A stretch of 64,000 nt of DNA from a bacterium (GTDB lineage Bacteria; Bdellovibrionota_B; Oligoflexia; Oligoflexales; RGVZ01). The position numbers and the translations under genes were made by a program. Below the pieces are notes generated by a model. It did no database searches, was not told where the DNA came from, and saw nothing but the letters and a program-made list of their open reading frames with translations. The number at the start of each line of letters is the position of its first letter. Position 1 is the first letter of the stretch. Where the stretch lies: contig RGVZ01000003.1 in NCBI GenBank assembly GCA_010029825.1, positions 67 to 64,066 on the forward strand, in the 5' to 3' direction. Positions 49,079 to 57,969 of the stretch are shown in pieces.

Positions 49079-50102
49079 CACGGACTCGCGCATTCCGGTT
49101 CAATGCCGTCCTGACAATGGCCTCGATCAAGTCATCGTACTCAATTCCAGCCGCGCCGGCGGCAGCCGCGAAGTCGTCGCCGCGGCGGATGGACGGATTC
49201 GGGTTCGCCTCGATAAAGACAGCCTCGCCGTTGCCTCTCAGGCGGAGATCAAGACGCGCGTAACCAGACAAGCCGAGGGCACCGAAGGATTCCCGGGCGA
49301 TCTCTGTCAGCCGGCGCGTCGTTGATGGCGCGATCTTTCGCGCGCGGCCACTGTCGATTCCATGGCGCTCGCGGTATGCCTTGTCCCACTTCGCGCGCCA
49401 GGTCACAAAACGAGGTCCGCTGCCAGTGAAAAGCTCGCGAGGTGGCAGCACAACCAGGTTCTTGCGTCCGGGGATCTCGATCATGCCGAGATATATTTCG
49501 CGACCATCGATGTACTCCTCGACGATGATACCGGATCCAAATCGTCTCTGAAGTCGTTCGATCATCTTCAGGCAGGAACCGGCGTCACGCACAACGGAAG
49601 ACATGCTGATTCCTTCGCTGCTGTCGCGATCGATGGGTTTGCAGATGGCCGGCCACCTCATGGTGTCGAGGCCTGGATTTTTCAATCCCGTTTTCACGAC
49701 GGTGAACTTCGGAACCGGCACGCCATGGTACGAGACGATTTTCTTCGAAAGCGCCTTGTCCTTGCAGATGTTGAGGGATTCGGCGCTGGCGCCTGTGTGC
49801 GGAATTCCGAGCATCTCCAGCACCGCCATCACGTCGGCCTCGTGACGACGCTGGCTGGAGAACGCCTCGCACATGTTGAAGACAACATCCGGAGGACGTT
49901 TTGTAACGCGCTCAAGAAGGAGATCCAGGCGATCAAACAAGCCGAACGGCTCAACGCGGTGGCCTCTCCGGCGCAGCGCTTTCATGACATGGCGCTCGTC
50001 ACGGAAGATGTCTCCCGTCATGAACCAGCGCTCATGACCCGGCCGGTTGTCTGGTTCACAGCCCAGATCGTAGAGCAGTACGATGTCCAGCTTGGTGGCC
50101 AA
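49068..50102 (-). CDS. D-Ala-D-Ala ligase-like ATP-grasp protein (non-canonical)
   Basis: VFNMCE, DKALSK, KP....SSEGI, EEYIDGRE, YARLD and EANPNP; lacks the Ddl GG.S.E N-terminus. Confidence 0.85.
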   Translation of the reverse strand: MATKLDIVLLYDLGCEPDNRPGHERWFMTGDIFRDERHVMKALRRRGHRVEPFGLFDRLDLLLERVTKRPPDVVFNMCEAFSSQRRHEADVMAVLEMLGIPHTGASAESLNICKDKALSKKIVSYHGVPVPKFTVVKTGLKNPGLDTMRWPAICKPIDRDSSEGISMSSVVRDAGSCLKMIERLQRRFGSGIIVEEYIDGREIYLGMIEIPGRKNLVVLPPRELFTGSGPRFVTWRAKWDKAYRERHGIDSGRARKIAPSTTRRLTEIARESFGALGLSGYARLDLRLRGNGEAVFIEANPNPSIRRGDDFAAAAGAAGIEYDDLIEAIVRTALNRNARVRDVA

Positions 50103-50221
50103 TGGTTTCCTGATCCTCCTCGTGGATCGTCTATGTGGATGTTCCAGGGGGCTCCTCCGTATAGAGTTATCGCCGCGTTGCCAGGAAAGCTTTAGGGGTG
50201 TCAGGTTTTTGACGGTGGGGG

Positions 50222-50354
50222 GAGAGGATCCTTCGCTCCGCTCAGGATGACGGGACGCTCAGGATGACGGGACGCTCAGGATGACGGGACGCTCAGGATG
50301 ACGGGACGCTCAGGATGACGGGATGCTCAGGATGACGGGATGCTCAGGATGACG
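50222..50354. repeat. 17-bp tandem repeat GCTCAGGATGACGGGAY x7 with REP-like head
   Basis: Units at 50240, 50257, 50274, 50291, 50308, 50325 and 50342 (partial); no spacers. Confidence 0.95.
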
Positions 50355-51150
50355 CGGCGAGGCGCCGCAGTTGTCGCTCCCAGCGGGCTTCGTTCATCAA
50401 CCGGACTTCATAGTGCCGCGCCAGCGAAATGCGCATGCGGCTGGCATCGCTCGTGCGGACAATGGTTTTCTCGCGAAGGCCCTGCGAACCATGACGCCGG
50501 ATCAGGGACCTCACAAAGCGTAACTTTCTCAGCGCCCCGGGGCGGTTCCGGTACTTCGATTCCCAGTCCATTTCCGGTGTGATCGCGACGGCGAACGTCT
50601 CCGCGAAATCCTCGTCCGGATGCGCCTGCGCGTAGTGGCCCGGCAAGTGAGTGACGTGATCAGGGCTCAAGACGTCCGGCACGTAAACTTCAGGCCGGTA
50701 CACTCCGGGATCGCGTCCAAATGTACTGCGCCACTGGAAATCACGAGGGATCCGGTATCCATGATCGAACGAATGCCCCGCCTCATGGCGCAACAGTTTG
50801 CGCATCGCGGATGGTGTTCCCCCTTCCACGGAACCTGTCAGAAGGAGTTCAATCTCGCGCAAGTCGTCGTGCGCCAGATAGAATGGCATGGCAATCGCCG
50901 GCACCCCGCCGGGACTGAACCACTCGTTGCCAAAGTAAACCTCCGGGCGCAGGTTGCGCAGTCCGGCACCGGCAAGTTCCTCGTAGAGATTCTCGACGTA
51001 GCGTTTGACTGGAGCCTGGGCTGTCGACGCCCGCATCATCCAGAGGACGTCGCAAATCCGCTCGTTCATCAGCCGGCGCAACCTGGCCGGCAATCGCGAA
51101 AAATTGGCTGTGGATTCGCGCTTCACGGTGACCCTTTCCCCGCTGTTCAC
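50344..51150 (-). CDS. Putative zinc metallopeptidase (Peptidase_Mx-like)
   Basis: EWFSP, PFYLAH, RHEAGH and YAQAHPDEDFAETFA. Confidence 0.85.
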   Translation of the reverse strand: MNSGERVTVKRESTANFSRLPARLRRLMNERICDVLWMMRASTAQAPVKRYVENLYEELAGAGLRNLRPEVYFGNEWFSPGGVPAIAMPFYLAHDDLREIELLLTGSVEGGTPSAMRKLLRHEAGHSFDHGYRIPRDFQWRSTFGRDPGVYRPEVYVPDVLSPDHVTHLPGHYAQAHPDEDFAETFAVAITPEMDWESKYRNRPGALRKLRFVRSLIRRHGSQGLREKTIVRTSDASRMRISLARHYEVRLMNEARWERQLRRLAASS

Positions 51151-51160
51151 GGGGAGAGTC

Positions 51161-52849
51161 CTACACCTGCAAAGCCATGTCCCTCAAGGGACTTGTGATG
51201 TCATCCAACAGCACGGGTTGCTTGAACTGCTCCGGGGTGGCGCCGGGGGTCCGGGCCAGGTGCCGGGTCCGTAATTCGTCCAGGCTGCCGGGACGCAAAA
51301 GGGTGACACGGACCGGGCCCAGGCGCCCGGACTCGCGTTTGTCCCGGTACTCAAAATTAAGCCCGGCCAGGGCCGAGTCCACCTTCCTCGCGACCTCTTC
51401 CCACACTTTCTGGTCGCACCCGGCGATGGTCTCCGCGTGGAGGACATACTGCGGTGGCCTGAGGCCCCGGTCGGGCGCCATCGTCACAAACCTGGTCGCG
51501 CGCAGGGCGGGGCCCCATGCGCCAACATCCCGGGCCAGATTGGCGAGGACTTCCGTGACTTGCGCGGCGGAAAGTTTTTCGCCCGTGACGTTGGCGAACT
51601 GGCTGCTTTTCCGCAGGAACCGGACCACAGGGGCGCTGCCGGGTCTGCCGTTGAGGAATCCGGCGCACTCAACCACGTCGTGCATGTCGTACCGGATGAG
51701 ACCGCCGAGGGTCGTTACCACGAGGCGGTAATGTTCGCCGGGGATCAAGTCGGTGGACCGGATCAAGCGGGGTTCCCCGTCGCCCTCCGTCAGGAATTCA
51801 TAATACGCGGCAGCCGGATCCAGGACGCCGTCGGGCGCGTTGTCTTGCAAGGGGACTGTGAATCGCCCCTCAGACGCGACCAGGCCATGATCGCGCCACG
51901 GGACGTGGCCCAAGGCCGGCCGCAGGGACTCGCAGTAGTGCGCCAGCGTCCCGCCGAGCCACATGGTGACAAGTTTCAGGCGCGGCCAGACATCTTTGGG
52001 CGCCAGGTGCTCTTGATGTCGCAGGGTGGCGTCCAGGCGTCGTGCCGCGCCTTTGTCGCGGCGGTGCAGGCCGAGTCTGGTGGCCTGGGAGTTCGTCAGC
52101 CCGGCGGTGTCGTTGTCTTGGGCGAAGAAGGTGCCGTTACGCAGGTCCCGGACGAGGTCATGCCCGTGGCGCGCGAGGAGTTCGGTCAACATCAACAGCG
52201 TGGATGGGTTCGCGGCCATCAGCATCCCGAGGTTCCGGTTGGCGACAGTCAGCCTCAGCAAAGCCTTCAATTTCACGTGGAACGGCGCGATCCCCTGCGC
52301 CGCGCCGGGTACGGCATACAACGTCTTGAAACTGAATGGTTGCATGGTCCACGTCGCGAGGCCGCTCATGGACGCGCGGTCCGGAGAAGACACGGGAAGC
52401 ACGTCCCAGAACGCGGCGTCGCGGTGCTGCGCGAACGTCGCGAGCCCCCACGCCTCCCAACCCGCGGCCTGCGCGGCAAATGAGGCAGGCGTTACCGGGA
52501 TCAACTTTGGCCGGCCAGTTGTGCCGCTGGTGGTGACAAACTGGCATTTATCCGGGGTCAGGCCGGAATCTGGACCGAACAGGGCGGTGGCATCGCCGGA
52601 CGCGAAACGCGCGATCCAGGGCCGCATCGCCTCATAGTCGCAAACAGGAAACGCCTCGAGCCGAGGGAGTTTCCGGGCGCCATGGGCGAGGGCGAAGCCA
52701 CTGCCGGCAATTTGCCCCATGGCCCGGGCAAGGACCATCGACTGGACGGCGTCAAAAGCCTCCAGGTTTCTCTGAAAGGCGGCCAGCCGGGGCCGCTTTG
52801 CCGCCAGCAGCAGCGATCCAATGGGGCGTCGGTAAAGCATTCTGAACAC
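51161..52849 (-). CDS. GH3 family acyl-acid amido synthetase
   Basis: TSGTTGRPKLIP, ASEG, YYEF, TT.GGL.RY...D, GEKL and EQFKQP. Confidence 0.9.
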   Translation of the reverse strand: MFRMLYRRPIGSLLLAAKRPRLAAFQRNLEAFDAVQSMVLARAMGQIAGSGFALAHGARKLPRLEAFPVCDYEAMRPWIARFASGDATALFGPDSGLTPDKCQFVTTSGTTGRPKLIPVTPASFAAQAAGWEAWGLATFAQHRDAAFWDVLPVSSPDRASMSGLATWTMQPFSFKTLYAVPGAAQGIAPFHVKLKALLRLTVANRNLGMLMAANPSTLLMLTELLARHGHDLVRDLRNGTFFAQDNDTAGLTNSQATRLGLHRRDKGAARRLDATLRHQEHLAPKDVWPRLKLVTMWLGGTLAHYCESLRPALGHVPWRDHGLVASEGRFTVPLQDNAPDGVLDPAAAYYEFLTEGDGEPRLIRSTDLIPGEHYRLVVTTLGGLIRYDMHDVVECAGFLNGRPGSAPVVRFLRKSSQFANVTGEKLSAAQVTEVLANLARDVGAWGPALRATRFVTMAPDRGLRPPQYVLHAETIAGCDQKVWEEVARKVDSALAGLNFEYRDKRESGRLGPVRVTLLRPGSLDELRTRHLARTPGATPEQFKQPVLLDDITSPLRDMALQV

Positions 52850-52914
52850 AATCTTTTCACGTCGGCCGGGCTTTGTAAAAAGACTGGCGGAGGCCGCGTT
52901 TTACCATAACCATC

Positions 52915-52969
52915 TGAATTTATTTATTTTAATCAAATAAATTAGAATTTGATTAAACCATAAAATTCA
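52915..52969. promoter_or_regulatory. AT-rich palindromic site in a divergent promoter
   Basis: Perfect arms TTTAATCAAAT-N8-ATTTGATTAAA plus outer TGAATTT/AAATTCA. Confidence 0.65.
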
Positions 52970-53013
52970 ATTAAAAATGTTCTGGCCGGTTGGCCAACTT
53001 CAGGAGAGAACCC

Positions 53014-54453
53014 ATGCAGCACCGTATTGCCTTGTTTGCCGCCTTGCTCCCGGCTGTGGTGGCTTGTGGCCGGATCGATCGTCAGGCGGGTGCCTTGCTG
53101 GGGCTCGCGGACGAACCAACATCAGACCGTAACGCTTACTTGATGTTCTCCAAGGGGGCCCTGGAGGACATGATCCGTGTGCCCGTGGACGAAACCCGGG
53201 AAATCAATGAAATCGTGAGTGACGTCAGTGTCTGGGCCAAGGCCGCCACATCCGGCAAGGTCGGCATCGAGTTGATTCCGTCCGCCGAGGACGCGCGGTT
53301 CGTGGCCGTTGTCGACGCCAACACGCATCTCGACATCAGTGGTTCTTACGATCCGCGTTCCGACATTCACATCGAAATGTCCGGTATTGGTGATGTCTCG
53401 ACCAACAGCCGCAAGCCAGTGGAGATCCGGTTGCAGGGCGCCGTGACGAAGCCCGCCGAGGCGACCTTCATCTCGAGTCTCGAGGTCAGTGGTGTCAACG
53501 TCACGGCCACCGGATGGTTCGCTGGATACAAGCGCCGGCAGGCTGAGAAACAAGCATGGGCAACCATCAATCAGCAATTGCCCGGGCAACAACATGCCAC
53601 AGGAAATCGCGTGGCAAATGAACTGCGTTCTGTTCTCGACGAACGCGCGGGACACTTCCTGCTGAACTTGAACGCGACCCTCGTGCGCGCGTTCCGTGAG
53701 TGGTTTGTCGAGAGCGGGTACTTGCCTGGCAAGCAGTTGTTCCAGTCGACGAAGGACGCGATCTGGTTCAGCAGTTTCGGTCACGACGAGGCCCAGGTGG
53801 CCACGATCGCCAGTCGTGGCGCGATTGAACCGCCGGCGCGATCGCCGGTGATGATGGGAGAAGTCGAAGCGCCCATCATGATTGGCGGGAACTCGTTCGC
53901 CCTGGAAAACGCGGCGGAAAAGGCTCTGGGTGGGAGGACATTCCCGGCGGCCGCGGTTTCGCAGTTGCTGGTCGCGATCGGCGCGTCGGCGGCACCGCCG
54001 GTGTGGACGACATTCAAGTACGCGGGGGTCAACTTGACCTTCGCGAAGCAAGAACCACTCAAGTTCAAGTTCGAGGAGGGACGCATGACCATCTCCGCGA
54101 ATTTCGAGTCGATCACCCAGCAGGCGATCCGTCAGGCGGCGACCTCCATGGAGTTGACATGGGAGGTAAATCTGGCCGACGATCATGGCATCAAGTTTGT
54201 CCGTGTTGGCGAACCGGTGCTCAAGGCCCTGGCGGCCCGTCATGATCCGTCCCGGTTGCTTCGTGAGTTCACGGAAGAGGCTCTCGCGCGTTCCTTGTAC
54301 GAGAGTTTTCAGGTGCCGGTACCGGACCTTTCGAACGTCATCCCGGCATTCAAACGCTTGCGCATGACGTTTGTGCATGTCGAGGAAGGATGGATCCGCC
54401 TTGGCGCGAGTTTGGACGCAATCAGCCAATCACCCGGGGTTGCCAGCCGGTAA
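53014..54453 (+). CDS. Hypothetical beta-rich lipoprotein
   Basis: RBS AGGAGAG, lipobox VVAC. Confidence 0.75.
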   Translation: MQHRIALFAALLPAVVACGRIDRQAGALLGLADEPTSDRNAYLMFSKGALEDMIRVPVDETREINEIVSDVSVWAKAATSGKVGIELIPSAEDARFVAVVDANTHLDISGSYDPRSDIHIEMSGIGDVSTNSRKPVEIRLQGAVTKPAEATFISSLEVSGVNVTATGWFAGYKRRQAEKQAWATINQQLPGQQHATGNRVANELRSVLDERAGHFLLNLNATLVRAFREWFVESGYLPGKQLFQSTKDAIWFSSFGHDEAQVATIASRGAIEPPARSPVMMGEVEAPIMIGGNSFALENAAEKALGGRTFPAAAVSQLLVAIGASAAPPVWTTFKYAGVNLTFAKQEPLKFKFEEGRMTISANFESITQQAIRQAATSMELTWEVNLADDHGIKFVRVGEPVLKALAARHDPSRLLREFTEEALARSLYESFQVPVPDLSNVIPAFKRLRMTFVHVEEGWIRLGASLDAISQSPGVASR

Positions 54454-55258
54454 TCCAGGGGCAGGGCGAAGCATTGTTTGTTTTCACGGGGCCGAAAGCC
54501 ATTCAGGGTGGTTTGGCCCCTTTGCTTTGGATGCCCTGGGCGCCGGTCACTGGTCGGCGGTGATCGCGCGGGATCGCCCGGGGTGGCGCGGCGATCTGCG
54601 TTCGCGCGCAGAGGCCTACGCGTGGATCGCGGGATCCCTGGCAGAGGCCCGGCGCGATCAGCCCAGTGGTCATGGGATTGACGTGATCGCGACATCCTGG
54701 GGCGCGCTCGCGGTGTTGGCTTGCCTCATCGACTGCGGCAGCGCCGGATGGGAAAACGTCAAGACCATCCATCTGGTCGCGCCGGCGATTTTTCCAGACC
54801 GGGGCCTGCAGAGATTGATGCTGGTGGGGGCCATCAAGGATTCGATCGCCGGAGGCGGATTTCTCAGCGGTCGTTTACGGACCATGCTCGACCCGTCACA
54901 TTTTTCGGACTGTCCTGATTTGCGCTCCCGTTTGGCCGCGGATCCGCGACGCAACATGGAATTGTCTCCCGCGTTCTGGATCGTCACGGCGGGGATGAGG
55001 CGCGTGGTCCGTCATGGTGCCAGTTCACACATTCTGCGGTCGCGGTTGCGGGACACGGGGACTCGATTGTTCCTTCACTTGGCGGAACAGGATAGCGTCA
55101 TCGACTTGCCGCGGACCGAGGATTTTTTGACTCGCGCGGGCGCGGGACTGTTTCGTTATCCGTCGCGCTGCCACGCGATTGTAATGCAATACCCGATGGA
55201 TTTCGCGCGGGCGATGGCATCCTGCTTGAGTGACGAGGGGGCAATGCGTGAATCGTGA
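54371..55258 (+). CDS. Alpha/beta hydrolase (lysophospholipase-like)
   Basis: FHGAESHSGW, DRPG, ATSWGA (Ser), EQDSVID (Asp) and CHAI (His); start uncertain. Confidence 0.75.
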   Translation: MCMSRKDGSALARVWTQSANHPGLPAGNPGAGRSIVCFHGAESHSGWFGPFALDALGAGHWSAVIARDRPGWRGDLRSRAEAYAWIAGSLAEARRDQPSGHGIDVIATSWGALAVLACLIDCGSAGWENVKTIHLVAPAIFPDRGLQRLMLVGAIKDSIAGGGFLSGRLRTMLDPSHFSDCPDLRSRLAADPRRNMELSPAFWIVTAGMRRVVRHGASSHILRSRLRDTGTRLFLHLAEQDSVIDLPRTEDFLTRAGAGLFRYPSRCHAIVMQYPMDFARAMASCLSDEGAMRES

Positions 55259-56621
55259 GGAATGGAAAATTGAAGTTTTCCAACGGCAGGTGCCTTTTCG
55301 GTTCAAGGTGCGGCACGCGCATCTGACGAGGTCCGCCAACGAGGCGATTTGCGTGCGCATCAGCGGTCGCGCGCGCGACGGGCGTCTCGTCCACGGGATC
55401 GGCGAGGCCTTGCCGAGAGAATATGTGACTGGCGAGACGGCAGTGGACGCGCTGGATCGGTGTGAGGAATTGTTCGGGGTCCTGGCGATGCCGGTTCTGC
55501 GCGAGGCGCTGGATCTTGATCCCGGTGCCGGGCCGGACGGCGTGACCGGCACCGGCGGCGTGTGCGACGCGCTCATCGCTGGCTGGAGGCAGGCTTCGGC
55601 GCGTGGATGCCTGGCGATCTGGAGCGCGATCGATGTCGCGTTGATCGACTGGATTTCCCGGGCGGGGAATATTCGCATGCGTGACCTGGTCGCGATGATC
55701 GCGCGCCGCGCGGGAGTCCAGCCTTGCGATGCCAGTGTCCCGCGCAGGGCGACCATCCCGATGGTCCGGCCGGGTCTGGCGTTGTGGCTGGCCGCCGGGT
55801 ACCGGGTCGCGGGATTCAATTTGTTCAAGATCAAAGTCGGTGATCCGGCGAGTGTCGCGCGTGTGCGTTCCGTGGTCCGCGTGCTGCGTGTCGGCGGGAA
55901 TCGTTGTGACATTTCTTTCGACGCCAACCAGGGTTACAGCCACGAGGCGGCGCAAAACTTTCTGGGTGACGCCATGAAGGTTATCCCGGACATGACGCGG
56001 AAACTGGTCGCGTTTGAGGATCCTGTCCGCCCGTCGGATTCGCGAAATCTTGGGGCATTTGCCGGTCAAACCGGTGTACCCGTGATGGCGGATGAAGTCT
56101 TGCGCGGGGAGCAATCCTTTGCCGAGATGGCCGGTCAGTCGCGAATCGGCGTCTGGAATATCCGGGTTGGCAAATGCGGCGGGATCACAGGGGCGTTGAT
56201 GGGGTGCGCGGCGGCGTCGCGTGCCGGGGCAAGGATTGTGATCGGCGCGATGGTCGGGCAAGAGGCTGTCCTCGACGTCGCGTCGCGTCATGTTGAGGGC
56301 GTTGCTCCCGTGGCGTGGAGCGAGAATTCCTTTTCTGGTTTGTTGTTGCGGTCTTCTGTTTTTTCGCGGGAAGGAAACTTCTGGTCGCGCTGGAGGCAAG
56401 GCGACAATTGCGGGACAGGTTTCCAGTTGCGTGAGTCGGTTCTACGGCGCCAGCTGGTCGGTTACCGCGTGGTAGCCCTCACCCGGGACATGGCCGCGTT
56501 GAACTTTTCCTCGGATACCCCGAACGACCAACGGACTTTACCCCGCCCCGATGGCCCCGAGGTTTCGCCGGGCATGACGGCAACACGGCAAGTTTCGAGG
56601 CACCAGCCGGCGAATTCATAA
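55248..56621 (+). CDS. Enolase superfamily enzyme (MLE/dipeptide epimerase-like)
   Basis: GIGE, KIKVG, DANQG, FEDP, MADE and NIRVGKCGG. Confidence 0.85.
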   Translation: MNREEWKIEVFQRQVPFRFKVRHAHLTRSANEAICVRISGRARDGRLVHGIGEALPREYVTGETAVDALDRCEELFGVLAMPVLREALDLDPGAGPDGVTGTGGVCDALIAGWRQASARGCLAIWSAIDVALIDWISRAGNIRMRDLVAMIARRAGVQPCDASVPRRATIPMVRPGLALWLAAGYRVAGFNLFKIKVGDPASVARVRSVVRVLRVGGNRCDISFDANQGYSHEAAQNFLGDAMKVIPDMTRKLVAFEDPVRPSDSRNLGAFAGQTGVPVMADEVLRGEQSFAEMAGQSRIGVWNIRVGKCGGITGALMGCAAASRAGARIVIGAMVGQEAVLDVASRHVEGVAPVAWSENSFSGLLLRSSVFSREGNFWSRWRQGDNCGTGFQLRESVLRRQLVGYRVVALTRDMAALNFSSDTPNDQRTLPRPDGPEVSPGMTATRQVSRHQPANS

Positions 56622-57766
56622 CCCGATTGGAATCTGTCGGGAATTTCAGTCCAGATGTAAAAAGCCCCGTCAGGATTTGGCGCGTGGAACCCGGCGGCGT
56701 TGGCGGCGTGGATCGCGTTCTTGCGTCGCGCCAGAAATTCGGTGTGACGCCGGGCGGCGAATCCCGATTCGGCATCCAGCAGCGCGGGCATCATTTCCTG
56801 GGTGGCGGCACTGACACACGGGACGCGGATGGACATCAGCATGGCCAACGGGCGGATGAGTTGCGTGGGCCCCGCGCACCATCCGGCGCGCAGGCCGGGC
56901 AGACCGTGGGATTTGCTGACGCTTGACACGACGATGGTGCGGTCGCGGGCAGCCGGGATCGTCGCAATGCTCTCATGCGGGCGTTTCCAACAGAAAGCCG
57001 AATAAACCTCGTCGCTGATGATCACGCAATTGTTGCGCGCGGCAAGGGCGGCGACCAGCGCGAGATCATCGGGATGGATGACGCGGCCGTCCGGGTTGCC
57101 CGGGCTGTTGACGATGATGGCTTTCGCGCCGCGCATGGCGCGGTCCAGTTCTTTTTGGTTCAGGCGGCCATTTTGCGGGTTTGGGCCGCGGACGCGACGA
57201 ACGCGCAGCCCGCGTGTGCGCGCGAGCCACGGATAGAACAGGTAGCACGGGTCGAACAGCACAATGGTTTCACCGGCGTCGGCAAAACATTCCAGCGCAT
57301 GGGCCAGTGCCTGGGAAGCGCCGTTGCAAATCAGGATTTCCTTTTCCGGATCGTAGGAAACTCCGGTGTCGGATTTGATTTTGCCCGCGACAGCGCGCAG
57401 GGCTTCAGGGTGGCCGAATCCGGCTGGATACGCGCGCAGGGATGATACGAGGGAGGCGCTGCGCGTCATCGATTCAAGGATGGGCGAGACATCAAGAATT
57501 CCAGAGAGGTCGGGCATTCCCTGGGAGAGATCGATCACTTCGCGCGTGACATCACCAGTTACGTCACCAGTTACGTCACCCGTGGCAGCGGTCTTGACCG
57601 CGCGCTCAAGATTCTCGAGGAGCTCCAGGTCGGAGACCGGTGCTGAGAGGACGTCGCCGCTGTACATGCGCAGGTAAAAATAGTCGGATCCGAGGCGCCT
57701 CCGGACCATTGCGTCGAGTCGGGCCAGTCCGCTCCGCACCGCCACTTTTTTCAACGTTCGTGACAT
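56462..57766 (-). CDS. Class I/II PLP aminotransferase with N-terminal extension
   Basis: NSPGNPDG, SDEVY, SVSKSHGLPGLRAG and GAFY. Confidence 0.9.
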   Translation of the reverse strand: MSRTLKKVAVRSGLARLDAMVRRRLGSDYFYLRMYSGDVLSAPVSDLELLENLERAVKTAATGDVTGDVTGDVTREVIDLSQGMPDLSGILDVSPILESMTRSASLVSSLRAYPAGFGHPEALRAVAGKIKSDTGVSYDPEKEILICNGASQALAHALECFADAGETIVLFDPCYLFYPWLARTRGLRVRRVRGPNPQNGRLNQKELDRAMRGAKAIIVNSPGNPDGRVIHPDDLALVAALAARNNCVIISDEVYSAFCWKRPHESIATIPAARDRTIVVSSVSKSHGLPGLRAGWCAGPTQLIRPLAMLMSIRVPCVSAATQEMMPALLDAESGFAARRHTEFLARRKNAIHAANAAGFHAPNPDGAFYIWTEIPDRFQSGYEFAGWCLETCRVAVMPGETSGPSGRGKVRWSFGVSEEKFNAAMSRVRATTR

Positions 57767-57969
57767 GGCCCGGAGTATACCAGTTATTTCCACAAATTTG
57801 AGCCGGGTGGCTGGACCATTCGGCAACGGGTGGCCAGAAATGGGGCCACGGAAGTTGCTGAGACGCTTTTGAAATAAAAAACATATTTAATCACGGCTGG
57901 TTATCTTTTTGTTCCGGTGGCCCTGAACGTGTAATGCCGGCGACGGGTTCGTTGTCGAAAGGAGATCCC

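Noticed and set aside
50240-50354. Possible CRISPR array
   Set aside because: 17-bp units are contiguous, there are no unique spacers, and no cas genes are present
57547-57585. TGDV x3 repeat in the aminotransferase
   Set aside because: Short in-frame duplication in a linker with no functional evidence
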